From Spirochaetota bacterium (lineage in GTDB: Bacteria; Spirochaetota; Spirochaetia; Treponematales; UBA12059): DNA of 64,000 bases. Under the pieces are notes generated by a model. The model had not been told where the DNA came from, did not search any database, and saw only the letters and a program-made list of their open reading frames with translations. Of the stretch, positions 17,975-28,318 are shown piece after piece. The DNA lies in the NCBI GenBank assembly GCA_031402655.1, contig JANNSO010000139.1:3120-67119 (forward strand), in the 5' to 3' direction. Position numbers and translations under genes: made by a program. Positions within the stretch are counted from its first letter, which is position 1. The number at the start of each line of letters is the position of its first letter.

Positions 17975-18742
17975 TCAAGGGGAGCGCCTTGAATGCGCAT
18001 CGGGGCCGTCCATTGCGGCAAGCTTCATGAACAACTTGCCGAAACGCTCAAGCTCGGTAGACGACAAGCCTGCGCGCGAGCATACTTCGCGCAGAAAATT
18101 CTCATTTTCGACTTTACCGCTCAGCTTAAAAAAGCCTGCCTTAAGGAGGCGCTCGTTTACTGTATGCGCCGTTGCCAGATACTGCTCGCGGGTGGCCGGA
18201 AGCTTGCCATTGGACAGCTCCTGCCCCGCAGGCACGGCAGATCCGGCGGACAAAAAGGCGCGCCGAATCTCCCAAAGCGCCAACTGTACCGCATGCGAAA
18301 GGTTCAGGGATGGAAACCCCGATGCGGAAGGGATATGGATGGCCTCATCGCAGCAGCCAAGCTCTATATCGTTGAGCCCATCGCGTTCGTTGCCGAACAC
18401 AATGCCTATGGGGCAGTCGAGTCTTGCTGCAGTTACGGGAGCCCATGCGCGAACATCCATGGACTCCTTGCGCCAGCGGCCAACGCGCCTGGTAAACGCG
18501 GCTGCATAGGAAATCGCAGACAAGGCTTCCTGCAGCGTGGGACAGCGGCGCGCATTCTGATATAAAGGATAAGCTGCCAGGGAATACATGCGCACCTGTA
18601 CTTCGTCGAGCTCAGCGCAATCGGCCAGTATCAGGGACGAAGCTCCCATCGATGCCATTGCACGGCATACCGCCCCGACGTTGCCGCCGGATTCGGCGCG
18701 GCAGAGTACCACATGCAGATTTTCCATTGAATTCTCAGTCAT
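17975..18742 (-). CDS. SPOUT RNA methyltransferase, TrmJ/LasT family
   Basis: GNVGAVCRAM, IVFGNERDGL, SLNLSHAV. Confidence 0.88.
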   Translation of the reverse strand: MTENSMENLHVVLCRAESGGNVGAVCRAMASMGASSLILADCAELDEVQVRMYSLAAYPLYQNARRCPTLQEALSAISYAAAFTRRVGRWRKESMDVRAWAPVTAARLDCPIGIVFGNERDGLNDIELGCCDEAIHIPSASGFPSLNLSHAVQLALWEIRRAFLSAGSAVPAGQELSNGKLPATREQYLATAHTVNERLLKAGFFKLSGKVENENFLREVCSRAGLSSTELERFGKLFMKLAAMDGPDAHSRRSP

Positions 18743-18784
18743 AGATCATAACCCTGCCCCTCGCCCGTGCTATAATAGAGTATC

Positions 18785-19534
18785 ATGATACGCAACTTTG
18801 ATCCGGATAAAAAACCAGCGCTGCGCGCCTTGATCGTCGGCGCATCTGGGGGAATCGGGCTGGCCATCGCCCGGGCACTCATTGCAAAAGGCATACAATG
18901 CATCCTTCATGGCCGAAATAAAACGAAACTGGACGACCTGCAATCGAATTTACGCCGAGACGGATTTGCAGTCGAAACGCTGTGCCTCGAGATTTCCTCC
19001 ACCTGCGATCACTCGGAGCTTGCAGCAGTTGCCTGCCGCGTGGACATGCTCGTATTTGCCTATGGATCCTTCCTTTACAAAACGCTCGCCCAAACTGACG
19101 ACAGCGACTGGAACGAAACCGTATACGCAAATCTTACCCTCCCCGGGTTTATCGCATCGCAGGCGGCGGTCGCCATGGCCGGCCGGGGTTTTGGGCGCAT
19201 ACTCCTTTTTGGAGGTACCCGCACCGACGCAATTCGCGGTTTTAAGCATAACGCCGCGTATGCAGCAGCCAAAACGGGCCTGGGAGTGCTGAACAAATCC
19301 ATTGCGGCCGAATTTGCGCCGCAGGGAGTTTCGTGCGCCTTGCTATGCCCCGGTTTTGTGGAAACCGAATACCTTTCGGCCGCTTTTAAGCAGGAACTAC
19401 TGCAGAAATCCCCTTCAAAGCAACTTATACAAGAGGCGGAAATAGCCTTGTTGGCCGTCCAACTGCTTACCGGCGGCATGGATTTGTGCAATGGCGCAAT
19501 AATAAACGCCGACGGAGGCCTCTATTCATTATGA
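18785..19534 (+). CDS. SDR-family oxidoreductase
   Basis: GASGGIG, YAAAK, PGFVET, GAIINADGG. Confidence 0.88.
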   Translation: MIRNFDPDKKPALRALIVGASGGIGLAIARALIAKGIQCILHGRNKTKLDDLQSNLRRDGFAVETLCLEISSTCDHSELAAVACRVDMLVFAYGSFLYKTLAQTDDSDWNETVYANLTLPGFIASQAAVAMAGRGFGRILLFGGTRTDAIRGFKHNAAYAAAKTGLGVLNKSIAAEFAPQGVSCALLCPGFVETEYLSAAFKQELLQKSPSKQLIQEAEIALLAVQLLTGGMDLCNGAIINADGGLYSL

Positions 19535-19655
19535 TAAAATATAGTTTAAAAGGACTGGATTTTTCCGTTAGTTTTGTCGAAACTATAAAGCGAGGCAAAA
19601 AAATGAGTATTGAAGCAAAAAATGAATAAAAAAAAAGAATATTTCAAGGTATTGT

Positions 19656-19695
19656 TTGACAAACCATTGACGATTGCCTATGATGCATTTAGACT
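19656..19695 (+). promoter_or_regulatory. two overlapping sigma70-type promoters
   Basis: TTGACA-17-TATGAT (19656-19684) and TTGACG-17-TAGACT (19667-19695). Confidence 0.6.
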
Positions 19696-19741
19696 TATTA
19701 GATGTATATAAATTGTATGTGTACGATGGAAGAGGAGCACT

Positions 19742-20293
19742 ATGACTAACAATGATATCGTTCCTGGCTTCGACGACGAAAAGGACGATAGCCTAAAAAT
19801 CCGACTCCAAAAAATTGACCATGTAGAGAACTGCCTGGCTCTCTTCCTAACTGGTTATATTGACACGTATAATTCCAACTTCTTCCAGAAGCGTGTCGGG
19901 AAGGCTATTGACGCAAGTTTTTCGCGCCTCATTTTCAACTGCGGCGGGTTAAATTACGTATCGTCAACCGGTATCGGCTCGTTTACCGCTTTTCTCAAAG
20001 CCGTAAAACCTCGCAGCGGCGATATAGTGCTGCTAGAAATACAGCCAAAAGTATACGAAGTATTTCAACTTCTGGGTTTTTCTCAATTTTTTAACATCAA
20101 GGATAACCTTGAGGACGCCATGACCTTCTTTCAGCAAGGATCAACGGTAAGCACCCATACGGTATTCCCCAAAATTTTTTCCTGCCCTATTTGCAACAAG
20201 AAACTAAAAGCAGCAAAGCCAGGCAGGTTCAGATGCTCGGAATGCAAGACTATTCTTGCCATTGACAATGCCGGCCAGGTTTTCTTAGGGTAA
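19742..20293 (+). CDS. anti-sigma factor antagonist (STAS) with C-terminal Zn ribbon
   Basis: LTGYIDTYNS, LNYVSSTGIG, CPIC...CSEC. Confidence 0.9.
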   Translation: MTNNDIVPGFDDEKDDSLKIRLQKIDHVENCLALFLTGYIDTYNSNFFQKRVGKAIDASFSRLIFNCGGLNYVSSTGIGSFTAFLKAVKPRSGDIVLLEIQPKVYEVFQLLGFSQFFNIKDNLEDAMTFFQQGSTVSTHTVFPKIFSCPICNKKLKAAKPGRFRCSECKTILAIDNAGQVFLG

Positions 20294-20339
20294 TTTCGGC
20301 CATTACTTAATGTCGATTAATACAAACAAGGGGGAGCAA

Positions 20340-20729
20340 ATGGCAGGACTATCCAAGGTTGAGTCATACCTTATTGATATGGGTGTCTCTTATCAGGAAA
20401 CAGGCGAAAACACTTTTTTTCTTGATGATCCTTCCAAAGGAATACCGGGGATTATCGTTACGATCGACGAACCTATTGTTGTAATGCGCACCAAAGTCAT
20501 GGAACTTCCGGAAAAACTAAACCCCGAATTGCTTGAAAACCTACTCCGCCTAAATACGAGCGATATTACTCACGGAGCTTACGGAATCGATAAAAAAGAC
20601 ATCGTTCTTATGGATACTCTTGAGTATTCCACAATGGATAAAGGGGAATTCGAGGCAGCCCTGGACTCGATTGGCCTGGCTCTTTCCCGCCACTACGGTA
20701 TTTTGGGCAAGTTCCGCGTTAAAGCATAA
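20340..20729 (+). CDS. YbjN/CesT-like chaperone-fold protein
   Basis: LLENLLRLN...HGAYGID; small acidic protein upstream of pspA. Confidence 0.7.
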   Translation: MAGLSKVESYLIDMGVSYQETGENTFFLDDPSKGIPGIIVTIDEPIVVMRTKVMELPEKLNPELLENLLRLNTSDITHGAYGIDKKDIVLMDTLEYSTMDKGEFEAALDSIGLALSRHYGILGKFRVKA

Positions 20730-20774
20730 GTTTTTAGATATTTTAACTTGTAGTAGACTGACAGGAGGCCTTCC

Positions 20775-21494
20775 ATGGGAATTTTCGATCGCTTAAAGAC
20801 CGTTGTTAATTCAAATATCAATGATCTCATTTCCAAGTCCGAGAATCCGGAAAAAATGCTCAACCAATTGGTCATAGATATGAACCAACAAATGATCGAG
20901 TCGAAAAAATCGGTAGCCATGGCCATTGCCGACGAAAAAAAGCTCGAACGCGAACTTATTGAGCAGAAACGCCAGTCAGACGACTGGGAACGCAAAGCGG
21001 TTGTAGCCGTTAAGGCTGCCCGGGACGACTTGGCCAAAGAAGCATTATTGCGCAAACAGGAAGCCGAGAATTATTACTTGCAGCTTAAACCTCAATGGGA
21101 GTCGCAAAAAGCTGCAGTAGAGAAACTCAAGGATACCTTGCGCATGCTTCAGAATAAAATCGATGAAGCGTCACGAAAGAAAAATATCCTTATCGCGCGG
21201 TCAAAACGAGCTGAAGCCCAGGAAAAAATCCAGAAAACCCTTACCAGCATGTCCGGAAGCACCAGTGCTTTCGACACCTTTGACCGCATGGCCAAAAAAG
21301 TCGACGATATGGAAGCCAGGGCAGAAGCCCATGCCGAGCTTGCCGACCTTTCGCAGTCCACCAGCCTCGAGAAGGAGTTCGCAAAACTGGAATCCTCGGG
21401 AGCAGGCGCAGATCTTATGCTGGAAGAGCTTAAGCAAAAGATGATTACGACTAAAGCGGAAGCAAATACTTCAACGCCTGCGGGTCAAACCTAG
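20775..21494 (+). CDS. pspA: PspA/IM30 family protein
   Basis: MGIFDRLKTVVNSNINDLISKSENPEKML, coiled coil, DDLAKEAL, FDRMAKKV. Confidence 0.93.
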   Translation: MGIFDRLKTVVNSNINDLISKSENPEKMLNQLVIDMNQQMIESKKSVAMAIADEKKLERELIEQKRQSDDWERKAVVAVKAARDDLAKEALLRKQEAENYYLQLKPQWESQKAAVEKLKDTLRMLQNKIDEASRKKNILIARSKRAEAQEKIQKTLTSMSGSTSAFDTFDRMAKKVDDMEARAEAHAELADLSQSTSLEKEFAKLESSGAGADLMLEELKQKMITTKAEANTSTPAGQT

Positions 21495-21498
21495 CTGG

Positions 21499-22113
21499 AT
21501 GAAGCTCCTCTTCATCGGTAGAGAAGAGGATTATGTTCTTGCAACAAACGGGAGCGCCAGTCTTGCTGGACGCTCCGTTTTTTTTGCATCTTCAGTGCAT
21601 AATTTCGCGCCGCAAGACTTAATAAGCGAGTTTTCCGCCGCGATAATTCCGGTACATGCGGTTCCCAAGCAGAAATTGTTTTTATTGGACTCGCTGTGGT
21701 ATATTCCCGCCCTTGCCAGTGGACCTGACTCATGCATGGATGAAGCCTTTTCGTTTGACTGCTGCGACTATCTTTGCGAACCATGGTCGGAAACTGAATT
21801 AGAAGCCCGTGCCAGAAAGTGTGCGCGAATTTCTTTTGCCGCTGGCAGTCTATATATAGAAGATTTCAATTTAAAAGGTCCTTTAGGACTGCATCCATTG
21901 AGCCCTGAAGACTTGCTGATATTAAAGTTATTCCATGCCAACCGAAGAAAAGCCATTCCCAAACAGGCACTGGGTACATTACTCGGGCTAGATAACGATT
22001 CAAGGGCTTTAGATATGCGTATTTCACGTTTACGCACTTTATTCAAAAAGCTTGGCTGCAGCGAGCTTGCCCAGATCCAAAGAGGCGTAAATGGTAATTA
22101 CTCGATACGCTAA
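21499..22113 (+). CDS. OmpR-type winged-helix regulator with degenerate receiver
   Basis: DYLCEPWSETELEAR; SRALDMRISRLR; no acidic DD pocket. Confidence 0.72.
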   Translation: MKLLFIGREEDYVLATNGSASLAGRSVFFASSVHNFAPQDLISEFSAAIIPVHAVPKQKLFLLDSLWYIPALASGPDSCMDEAFSFDCCDYLCEPWSETELEARARKCARISFAAGSLYIEDFNLKGPLGLHPLSPEDLLILKLFHANRRKAIPKQALGTLLGLDNDSRALDMRISRLRTLFKKLGCSELAQIQRGVNGNYSIR

Positions 22114-22141
22114 AGTAAAAAACACTTCAGTCTTCGAAGCT

Positions 22142-22394
22142 TGTGCATAATCTGTTGATAATATTTTATTAAATCTGTATAAAAAAAGAGACGCCCGCAA
22201 AAGCCGACTCCCTCTTGATAAAAAAAACTTCCAATATATCCAAACGGGCTTAATTTAATATATTATAAACACATATACATTCTAAATTAAATAATTAGCA
22301 TACTTTGCAAAGAAATTAATTTGTTTAGCAGACAAAATCATTTAATATCCAGTTAATTCTGTTTGTGGATAAGTTGTTAATACATTGGGTATAT
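22142..22394. promoter_or_regulatory. AT-rich region with clustered DnaA boxes
   Basis: TGTGCATAA 22142, TGTTGATAA 22153, TCTGTATAA 22174, TTATAAACA 22263, TGTGGATAA 22364, weak boxes at 22375 and 22386. Confidence 0.65.
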
Positions 22395-22446
22395 TTAAAA
22401 AATTCCACGCTTGTCAAGTGTTCAAGCTCATGGTACAGTTTTGCTA

Positions 22447-23160
22447 ATGAAAAAGTTATTCCATATAGTACTTGAGTTTTTTGTCTCATTTCTAGGCAGC
22501 GAAATTATTTTGACAGCCTTAGTGCTGCTCAAAAGCGTTTTAAACAACGCTATTAATCCTCATTTTCTGCTGCTTGGAGCGATTTCGTCGATTCCTCTGT
22601 CAATAGCCATTGCCTGTTTTATTTCTTTCTTTCCATTAAGCCGCCTCTACCGGTCTCGTTTCCTTGGGTATCTGACGATAACCACGCTTTGCTGGCTATT
22701 CTTTGCGCTTCTTTCCCTGGCCGTCAAGAATTTTCTTCCGGGTATTTCCTTGATAGAAACCATTGAAGCAAGCACAGCATTTGCAACGGGGTTCCCTTGG
22801 TACGCAAGCAGCATAAGCTGGTTACTCGAAACAGGCTCAGGGCCCTTGATTGAAACCCTGCTTCATACTTTGGCGGCTTCCATGATGCTGGGCGCTTGCT
22901 GGGGAATAACTCGCATTACCAAACACAGACCGATTTTCGGTGCGTTTATAACTCCGCTCTGCTGCCTGTTTTTTTTCTTTCTGCTATCGGTCTTCAGATC
23001 CATCCCGGCAAACGCAATTTTTCAATATTTTGGTTTTGCAATGCCCAGAATGATGAGCGCCACCATACTTATGGGATTATGCGTTCCAGCACTGTATCTT
23101 TTCGACCTGCTTTTTTCGGCCGCCCCGTATGGGCTTTCCGCGAGGCCAAACAATGCCTGA
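22447..23160 (+). CDS. multi-pass membrane protein
   Basis: About six hydrophobic segments. Confidence 0.7.
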   Translation: MKKLFHIVLEFFVSFLGSEIILTALVLLKSVLNNAINPHFLLLGAISSIPLSIAIACFISFFPLSRLYRSRFLGYLTITTLCWLFFALLSLAVKNFLPGISLIETIEASTAFATGFPWYASSISWLLETGSGPLIETLLHTLAASMMLGACWGITRITKHRPIFGAFITPLCCLFFFFLLSVFRSIPANAIFQYFGFAMPRMMSATILMGLCVPALYLFDLLFSAAPYGLSARPNNA

Positions 23161-24838
23161 GCGAAAAGAAAGACTCCTGGCAATTAGCCTCAGCCTGTTT
23201 TTTCTGGCTTTTATTGCAGGATTAGCGTTGGCCCTGCTCTCGAAAGATGCAGCTCTTGTACTGGAAAATTTTTCGCTGCCCTGGTTACTGCTTTCTGCAG
23301 GTCTTATGCTGGGAACATGGGCTCCAGCCATTCTATTGGCATCAGCCGCCATCAATACCGAGGGTTCTGCGAGTTCTTCAGGATTTTCCACGGCCGCAAT
23401 GAAATCGCTGGCTCCCGCCCTCATACTGGCCGGAGTCATTTCCCTGTATTATCTCCTTGCGGTGCCACTGATACAGGAAAAGAAAAACTGGTACGAGCAA
23501 TCAAGCGCGCTTTATGCAAGTTCGCTCAAAAAAGCCGAAAAAGCCGTAGCCGCCAAACAATTCGATGAAGCGGAAACTCAGCTGCACATCGCCGGATCCA
23601 TAGATAATAAAAACAAAACGTATATCGATCTGGCCGAAAAAACGCAAAGCGGTTTGGCACAAAACGCCATAACCAAAATTGAAGCGTCGCCTGCAAAAAC
23701 TGATATTCCCCAGCAAAAAGACCAGCTTTGGAAAGAAGGTAACCGATTTTATCTTGAAGCTCTCCAGGCACGCAAGGAAAAGCGCGTTTTTGACGCGCAC
23801 TACCTTGCCAAACGTTCCGCCGCAGTTTTTCCGGACAGGATCGAAGTGCAGCGTCTCATAAGCGAAACCTGGGAGGAATTGCAGAAATCGGGACCTTCCC
23901 AGTCTGAAATGGATGAGGCCATCCTGTACCGCAGCAAAGTGGAAGGCTACGGCTATTTCGAAGCAGGCGATTTTGTCCATGCATACCAAATATTCAACGA
24001 CCTTTTCGCAGCCAATCCGGGCGACCAGGACATAATCAACTATAAGTCGCGCAGTGAGGAGGCACTTAAAAACGTCGCCTTCTTCATAGAAGAGGACATA
24101 CGGGCCTTTTCGGGCTCCAATCCGCCGCCCTTCAACCTTAGAACCGTGATAGACGGAAAAACGCTCGCCATGAAGGCCAGCCAGGCAGCTATCTCTCGCG
24201 ACGGCGTTTTTTTCAGGAACCTCGAAATTGAATGGGGGGGATCAAACCCGCAGCTGATTTCCGCTCCTTTTGCGCGCTTGCATAATACAACGCTCAGCCT
24301 TCGCGCGGTAGACCGCAAAGACCCGAAAAAAGTATGGTCGCCCACATGGAGTAACAAAGACGGCAAAACGCCAGACGGCCTCATTTTAAACTTTCCCTAC
24401 AGCGCGGACGACGCATCTTTGCTTTTATCCATTTCGCAAAAGCCCCACGATGTACCGCTTATGCTGCTGGCTACATCCACCGAAAAAGCCGTAGCCCTGG
24501 GAATAGATCCCATACCGCTCCGCGTTGAATTCGCCTCGCGGATAGCCTATCCATTCATAACGATTATGGTGGTGCTTTTTGGCGCCGCGTTGGGCATGCG
24601 CTTCCGTGCGCGGGAGAGCCCCGGAGTAATAAGCCGCATTCTAGGCGGGCCGGTTTTAGCCGCTCTGGCACTTATACCGCTTGCAATTCTATCGCGCGTG
24701 GGCTTCATGCTGGCTACCTTGCTGGCCATGAACACAAGCGGTATAACCTTTATAGCGGGCTGGGTGGGAATACTCGCTGGCGGTGTAACCATGACGCTCT
24801 TATTTTCCGCGCGCGCGTCTTTGCATGCGCCGCGATAA
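23153..24838 (+). CDS. membrane protein with TPR-like periplasmic region (LptF/G-like topology)
   Basis: 3 TM + helical repeats and beta region + 3 TM; EFASRIAYPF...GAALG. Confidence 0.65.
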   Translation: MPERKERLLAISLSLFFLAFIAGLALALLSKDAALVLENFSLPWLLLSAGLMLGTWAPAILLASAAINTEGSASSSGFSTAAMKSLAPALILAGVISLYYLLAVPLIQEKKNWYEQSSALYASSLKKAEKAVAAKQFDEAETQLHIAGSIDNKNKTYIDLAEKTQSGLAQNAITKIEASPAKTDIPQQKDQLWKEGNRFYLEALQARKEKRVFDAHYLAKRSAAVFPDRIEVQRLISETWEELQKSGPSQSEMDEAILYRSKVEGYGYFEAGDFVHAYQIFNDLFAANPGDQDIINYKSRSEEALKNVAFFIEEDIRAFSGSNPPPFNLRTVIDGKTLAMKASQAAISRDGVFFRNLEIEWGGSNPQLISAPFARLHNTTLSLRAVDRKDPKKVWSPTWSNKDGKTPDGLILNFPYSADDASLLLSISQKPHDVPLMLLATSTEKAVALGIDPIPLRVEFASRIAYPFITIMVVLFGAALGMRFRARESPGVISRILGGPVLAALALIPLAILSRVGFMLATLLAMNTSGITFIAGWVGILAGGVTMTLLFSARASLHAPR

Positions 24839-24926
24839 CTGTTAAAACTGCCTGGACTGCGCTAGAATTAGAAGCTGGAGATTGCCTTTCTTAACCAGTA
24901 AGGCTTAGAATATTTTACAAGGAGCA

Positions 24927-25496
24927 ATGCAAATGAAAAAGTCCCTCGTTGTTTTAATCGCATTCACCCTGACGGCGATTATGTCCACCTCGTGCGTTTC
25001 CGTCAAAGATGTGCTGACCAGCGCGATCTCCGGTGCTGCCTCCGGAGCCGTAACTTCCTCCGCATCAGGCGCTACGTCTACCGCCGGCACAGGCAGTTCG
25101 GCCGTAGACTTTCAGCCCAGCGACATACTGGCAAGCTACAATAATGCTACAAAAATGGATAGCTCCTATGCAGTGGCCCGCATCCTGACGGCAGCGACAT
25201 CCGCAACCAAAAATCAAGCCGAAGCGCTTTTTGTATACGATGGCCAGAAGGCCTGGGTAAACTATACGATCAATTCCCGGAAAGCCACAAAGGCCGATAT
25301 GCAAGTCGGTTCCATGATGTTCTATAACAATAATCTCGCCAATAATACCGAAACATCCGTCGATAACTACCGCAAGGCCACATGGTATTTGGGCTACATT
25401 ACCAGCACAGAAGAGCTTTTCAAGGGTTTTGTTGAAATCTCCGGCAGCAACTTCTACGTAGATTACCTTCGCGTACCCACCGACCCGGTAAAATAA
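24927..25496 (+). CDS. lipoprotein, hypothetical
   Basis: MKKSLVVLIAFTLTAIMSTS-C lipobox; Ser/Ala/Thr linker. Confidence 0.8.
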   Translation: MQMKKSLVVLIAFTLTAIMSTSCVSVKDVLTSAISGAASGAVTSSASGATSTAGTGSSAVDFQPSDILASYNNATKMDSSYAVARILTAATSATKNQAEALFVYDGQKAWVNYTINSRKATKADMQVGSMMFYNNNLANNTETSVDNYRKATWYLGYITSTEELFKGFVEISGSNFYVDYLRVPTDPVK

Positions 25497-25525
25497 AATC
25501 TAAGAAAGACCTATATAAAGCTTAA

Positions 25526-25565
25526 TGGCTGACCTCTGATAACCAACAGATTATCAGAGGGTAAC
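25526..25565. repeat. hairpin mini-element (reverse copy of 1119-1156)
   Basis: gacctctgataaccaacagattatcagagg, flanked by cttaa on both sides. Confidence 0.7.
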
Positions 25566-25566
25566 C

Positions 25567-26847
25567 TTAATCCTCGATACGGTCAATCTTGCAACCCAAG
25601 ATTCGCAAGCGCTCGGAAATTCTCTCGTAGCCGCGCTCTATCTGATACACGTTCTTGATGCAGCTCGTGCCTTCCGCGCAAAGCGCGGCAATGACCATGG
25701 CCATGCCCGCGCGCACGTCGGGCGACACGAGCTCGGAACCGGACAAACGCGCGGGTCCCGAAACTACGGCGCGGTGCGGGTCGCACAAAACAATTCGTGC
25801 GCCCATGCCGATGAGCTTGTCTACGAAAAACATGCGCGATTCGAACATCTTCTCGTGGATCAGCACGGTACCTTCCACCTGGGTTGCAACTACCGTCATG
25901 ATGGACGTAAGGTCTGGCGGGAAGCCCGGCCAGGGGGCATCGTCTATCTTGGGGATTTGCCCGCCGAGATCCGCCTGCACCCGCATGGCTTGGCCGGGCG
26001 TAACGTGGATGGCGGAGCCCTCCGCAACCCAGCTGATGCCCAGGCGAGCAAACGCTATCTTCATCATCCGCAGGTCTTCGTGCACCACGCCTTCGATTAC
26101 GAGGTCGCCCCGAGTTACGGCTGCCAGGCCTATAAAGGAGCCTATCTCCATGAAATCCGGCCCGATGGAATATTCCGCGCCATGCAGGGCGGAAACGCCT
26201 TCGATTGTTACTATATTTGAACCGATGCCGCCTATCTTCGCGCCCATCGCGTTAAGGAGCCTGCACAGATCCTGAACATGGGGCTCGCTTGCCGCGTTTC
26301 GGATTATCGTAGTGCCTTCGGCGAGCGAGGCGGCCATGAGCGCGTTCTCGGTGGCGGTTACAGACGCCTCATCGAGAAAAATGTCGGTTCCCTTGAGCTT
26401 ATTGGCGGTAAATAGAAAGGCGGCATTTATTTCGATGCGCGCACCAAGCTCCTCGAGCGCCAGCAAGTGGGTGTCCAGCCTGCGCCTGCCTATCACATCG
26501 CCGCCAGGAGGCGGAAGCGTAACCTTGCCGAACCTGGCGAGCAAAGGACCCGCGAACAATATGGAAGCCCGGACTTTTCCCGACAGAGGCGCGGGAATAT
26601 CCGCGGCGCAAACGTTTTTGGCATTGATGCACCAGCTGTTGCGGCCCAGCCGCTCCACGGTCGCGCCTAAAGCTTTGCAGATATCGAGCATGACCAGCAC
26701 GTCCTCGATCTCCGGGATATTGTGGAGCGTTACCGGTTCTTCGGCCATAAGAGCCGCCGCAATGCAGGGCAATGCGGCATTCTTGTTGCCGCTTGCGCGA
26801 ACCGAACCCTTGACCGGGTGGCCGCCTTCGATTTGGTACTTGTACAT
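25567..26847 (-). CDS. murA: UDP-N-acetylglucosamine 1-carboxyvinyltransferase
   Basis: [52 protein letters not shown]. Confidence 0.96.
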   Translation of the reverse strand: MYKYQIEGGHPVKGSVRASGNKNAALPCIAAALMAEEPVTLHNIPEIEDVLVMLDICKALGATVERLGRNSWCINAKNVCAADIPAPLSGKVRASILFAGPLLARFGKVTLPPPGGDVIGRRRLDTHLLALEELGARIEINAAFLFTANKLKGTDIFLDEASVTATENALMAASLAEGTTIIRNAASEPHVQDLCRLLNAMGAKIGGIGSNIVTIEGVSALHGAEYSIGPDFMEIGSFIGLAAVTRGDLVIEGVVHEDLRMMKIAFARLGISWVAEGSAIHVTPGQAMRVQADLGGQIPKIDDAPWPGFPPDLTSIMTVVATQVEGTVLIHEKMFESRMFFVDKLIGMGARIVLCDPHRAVVSGPARLSGSELVSPDVRAGMAMVIAALCAEGTSCIKNVYQIERGYERISERLRILGCKIDRIED

Positions 26848-26918
26848 GGCCACATCGTATATGGGCGCGTGCTTCTTGGTCAAGTTGGCACACGCGGATT
26901 TTCGCGGCGCGTATCACT

Positions 26919-27563
26919 TCAAGGCCGGGATTCCTGATTCGCAGTTGATGCATCTTGTTCCACTGCTTGGCTAAAGTTATGAGCCTCGTCTCGCAGCGCC
27001 AGTGCCTCCGCACTATGCCTGGCCCGTTCGAGCGCACGTATCGATACGGGGATAGCCAGCGCGTACAGATGTGCAACGGGATGCCGCTTCGGATTTGAAC
27101 CGCGAAGCAGGGCGGCTTCGTTGGCCTTGCGCAAGTCTTCTCGTGCCCAGGGCATGAAGGCCAGCATCAGTGAGCCGGCTCGGGAAACGGTGGCCGAAAA
27201 CTTCTTGCCGAAGGGGCGCAAAAGAATCCGGAGGAGATCGGCGAGATCCATCGGCCTCATGCCGTGCGAAAGCCAGGCCGCGCTGATAAAAACCAGCAAA
27301 AACTGAAGACTCCTGCGCAAGTATGGTAGCCAGGAGGAAAGTGAACCATCAGGGTGAAAAAACGGAAAACCAAAAAATGCCGGCAGAACAGCCATGATTA
27401 TCACGAACCAGGATCCGCGCAGCCAGGGCAGCCAGGAAAATCGCTCCAAACCAGCGATAAGAACTACAAAAATTATTAACAGCATTACTCCGGATACGGG
27501 AAGGCAAAACATCCCTGCCTGAATAGCGCAGTAAGCTGCAAAGCGGAAAGTGGTTTTGGACAT
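26919..27563 (-). CDS. ECF transporter transmembrane (T) component, BioN-like
   Basis: CbiQ-like; ALLRG and ALALR motifs; in the bioY operon. Confidence 0.8.
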   Translation of the reverse strand: MSKTTFRFAAYCAIQAGMFCLPVSGVMLLIIFVVLIAGLERFSWLPWLRGSWFVIIMAVLPAFFGFPFFHPDGSLSSWLPYLRRSLQFLLVFISAAWLSHGMRPMDLADLLRILLRPFGKKFSATVSRAGSLMLAFMPWAREDLRKANEAALLRGSNPKRHPVAHLYALAIPVSIRALERARHSAEALALRDEAHNFSQAVEQDASTANQESRP

Positions 27564-28318
27564 TAGGGTTTAGCCTTTAGCCAGGTCATTTCGGGCAGAC
27601 GCTCAAGGCCGCCGGCGAGCCGCCTAAGGCCGAGCGCCGGTAATTCGTCCCACAGCTGAGCGGGCGTGCCATCGCGAATAATTACGCCTTTGTCCATCAC
27701 GATGAGCCTGCCTGCGTGCGCCAGGCATTTTTCGAGATCGTGACTTACGATGAGTATGCCGATGCCGCGCTCGACCAGGCCCAAAAGAATGCCAAGAAGG
27801 CTGGATGCCCCATCCCAATCCAGGTCGTTGAACGGTTCGTCGAGTATTACGAGCGACGGATTCCCCGCCATGGCCGAGGCTACTGCCAGCCGCCGCTTTT
27901 CACCGCCGGACAGGCTGGCCGTAAGTTTGTTATCAAAACCTTGCAGCCCCGCGCGCTCGAGGGAATCAGCGACAAGTTTGCCCCGCTCCGCCGGCTTCAT
28001 ACCCGCGGAGCGGGGACCGAAGGCTACGTCTTCCGCTACGGTTATACCGAGAATCTGATGCTCCGGCTCCTGAAAAACAAGGGCTATTTTTTTTCTCGCC
28101 GAGGCAAGCCCGCCGAACAGCGGCACGCCGTCTAGCAGCACTTCCCCGGACTGCGCCTGCTCCAGGCCAAGAAAATGCCGGGCCAACAATGATTTGCCGC
28201 TGCCATTACGGCCGCTCAAAATCGCGAAGCACGGTGTCTCGAGCGCAAGGCTGGCTCCATTCAAGCCAAAAGTGCCGTCGGGGAATCTCCTTACGAGAGA
28301 GCGTGCCTCGAGTGTCAA
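27563..28318 (-). CDS. ECF transporter ATPase, BioM-like
   Basis: GRNGSGKS, VFQEPEHQ, LSGGEKRR, ILDEP. Confidence 0.88.
   Translation of the reverse strand: MTLEARSLVRRFPDGTFGLNGASLALETPCFAILSGRNGSGKSLLARHFLGLEQAQSGEVLLDGVPLFGGLASARKKIALVFQEPEHQILGITVAEDVAFGPRSAGMKPAERGKLVADSLERAGLQGFDNKLTASLSGGEKRRLAVASAMAGNPSLVILDEPFNDLDWDGASSLLGILLGLVERGIGILIVSHDLEKCLAHAGRLIVMDKGVIIRDGTPAQLWDELPALGLRRLAGGLERLPEMTWLKAKP

Noticed and set aside
19603-19711. Short upstream ORFs (MSIEAKNE*, MNKKKEYF...)
   Set aside because: AT-rich promoter sequence overlapping the -35/-10 elements; no coding evidence
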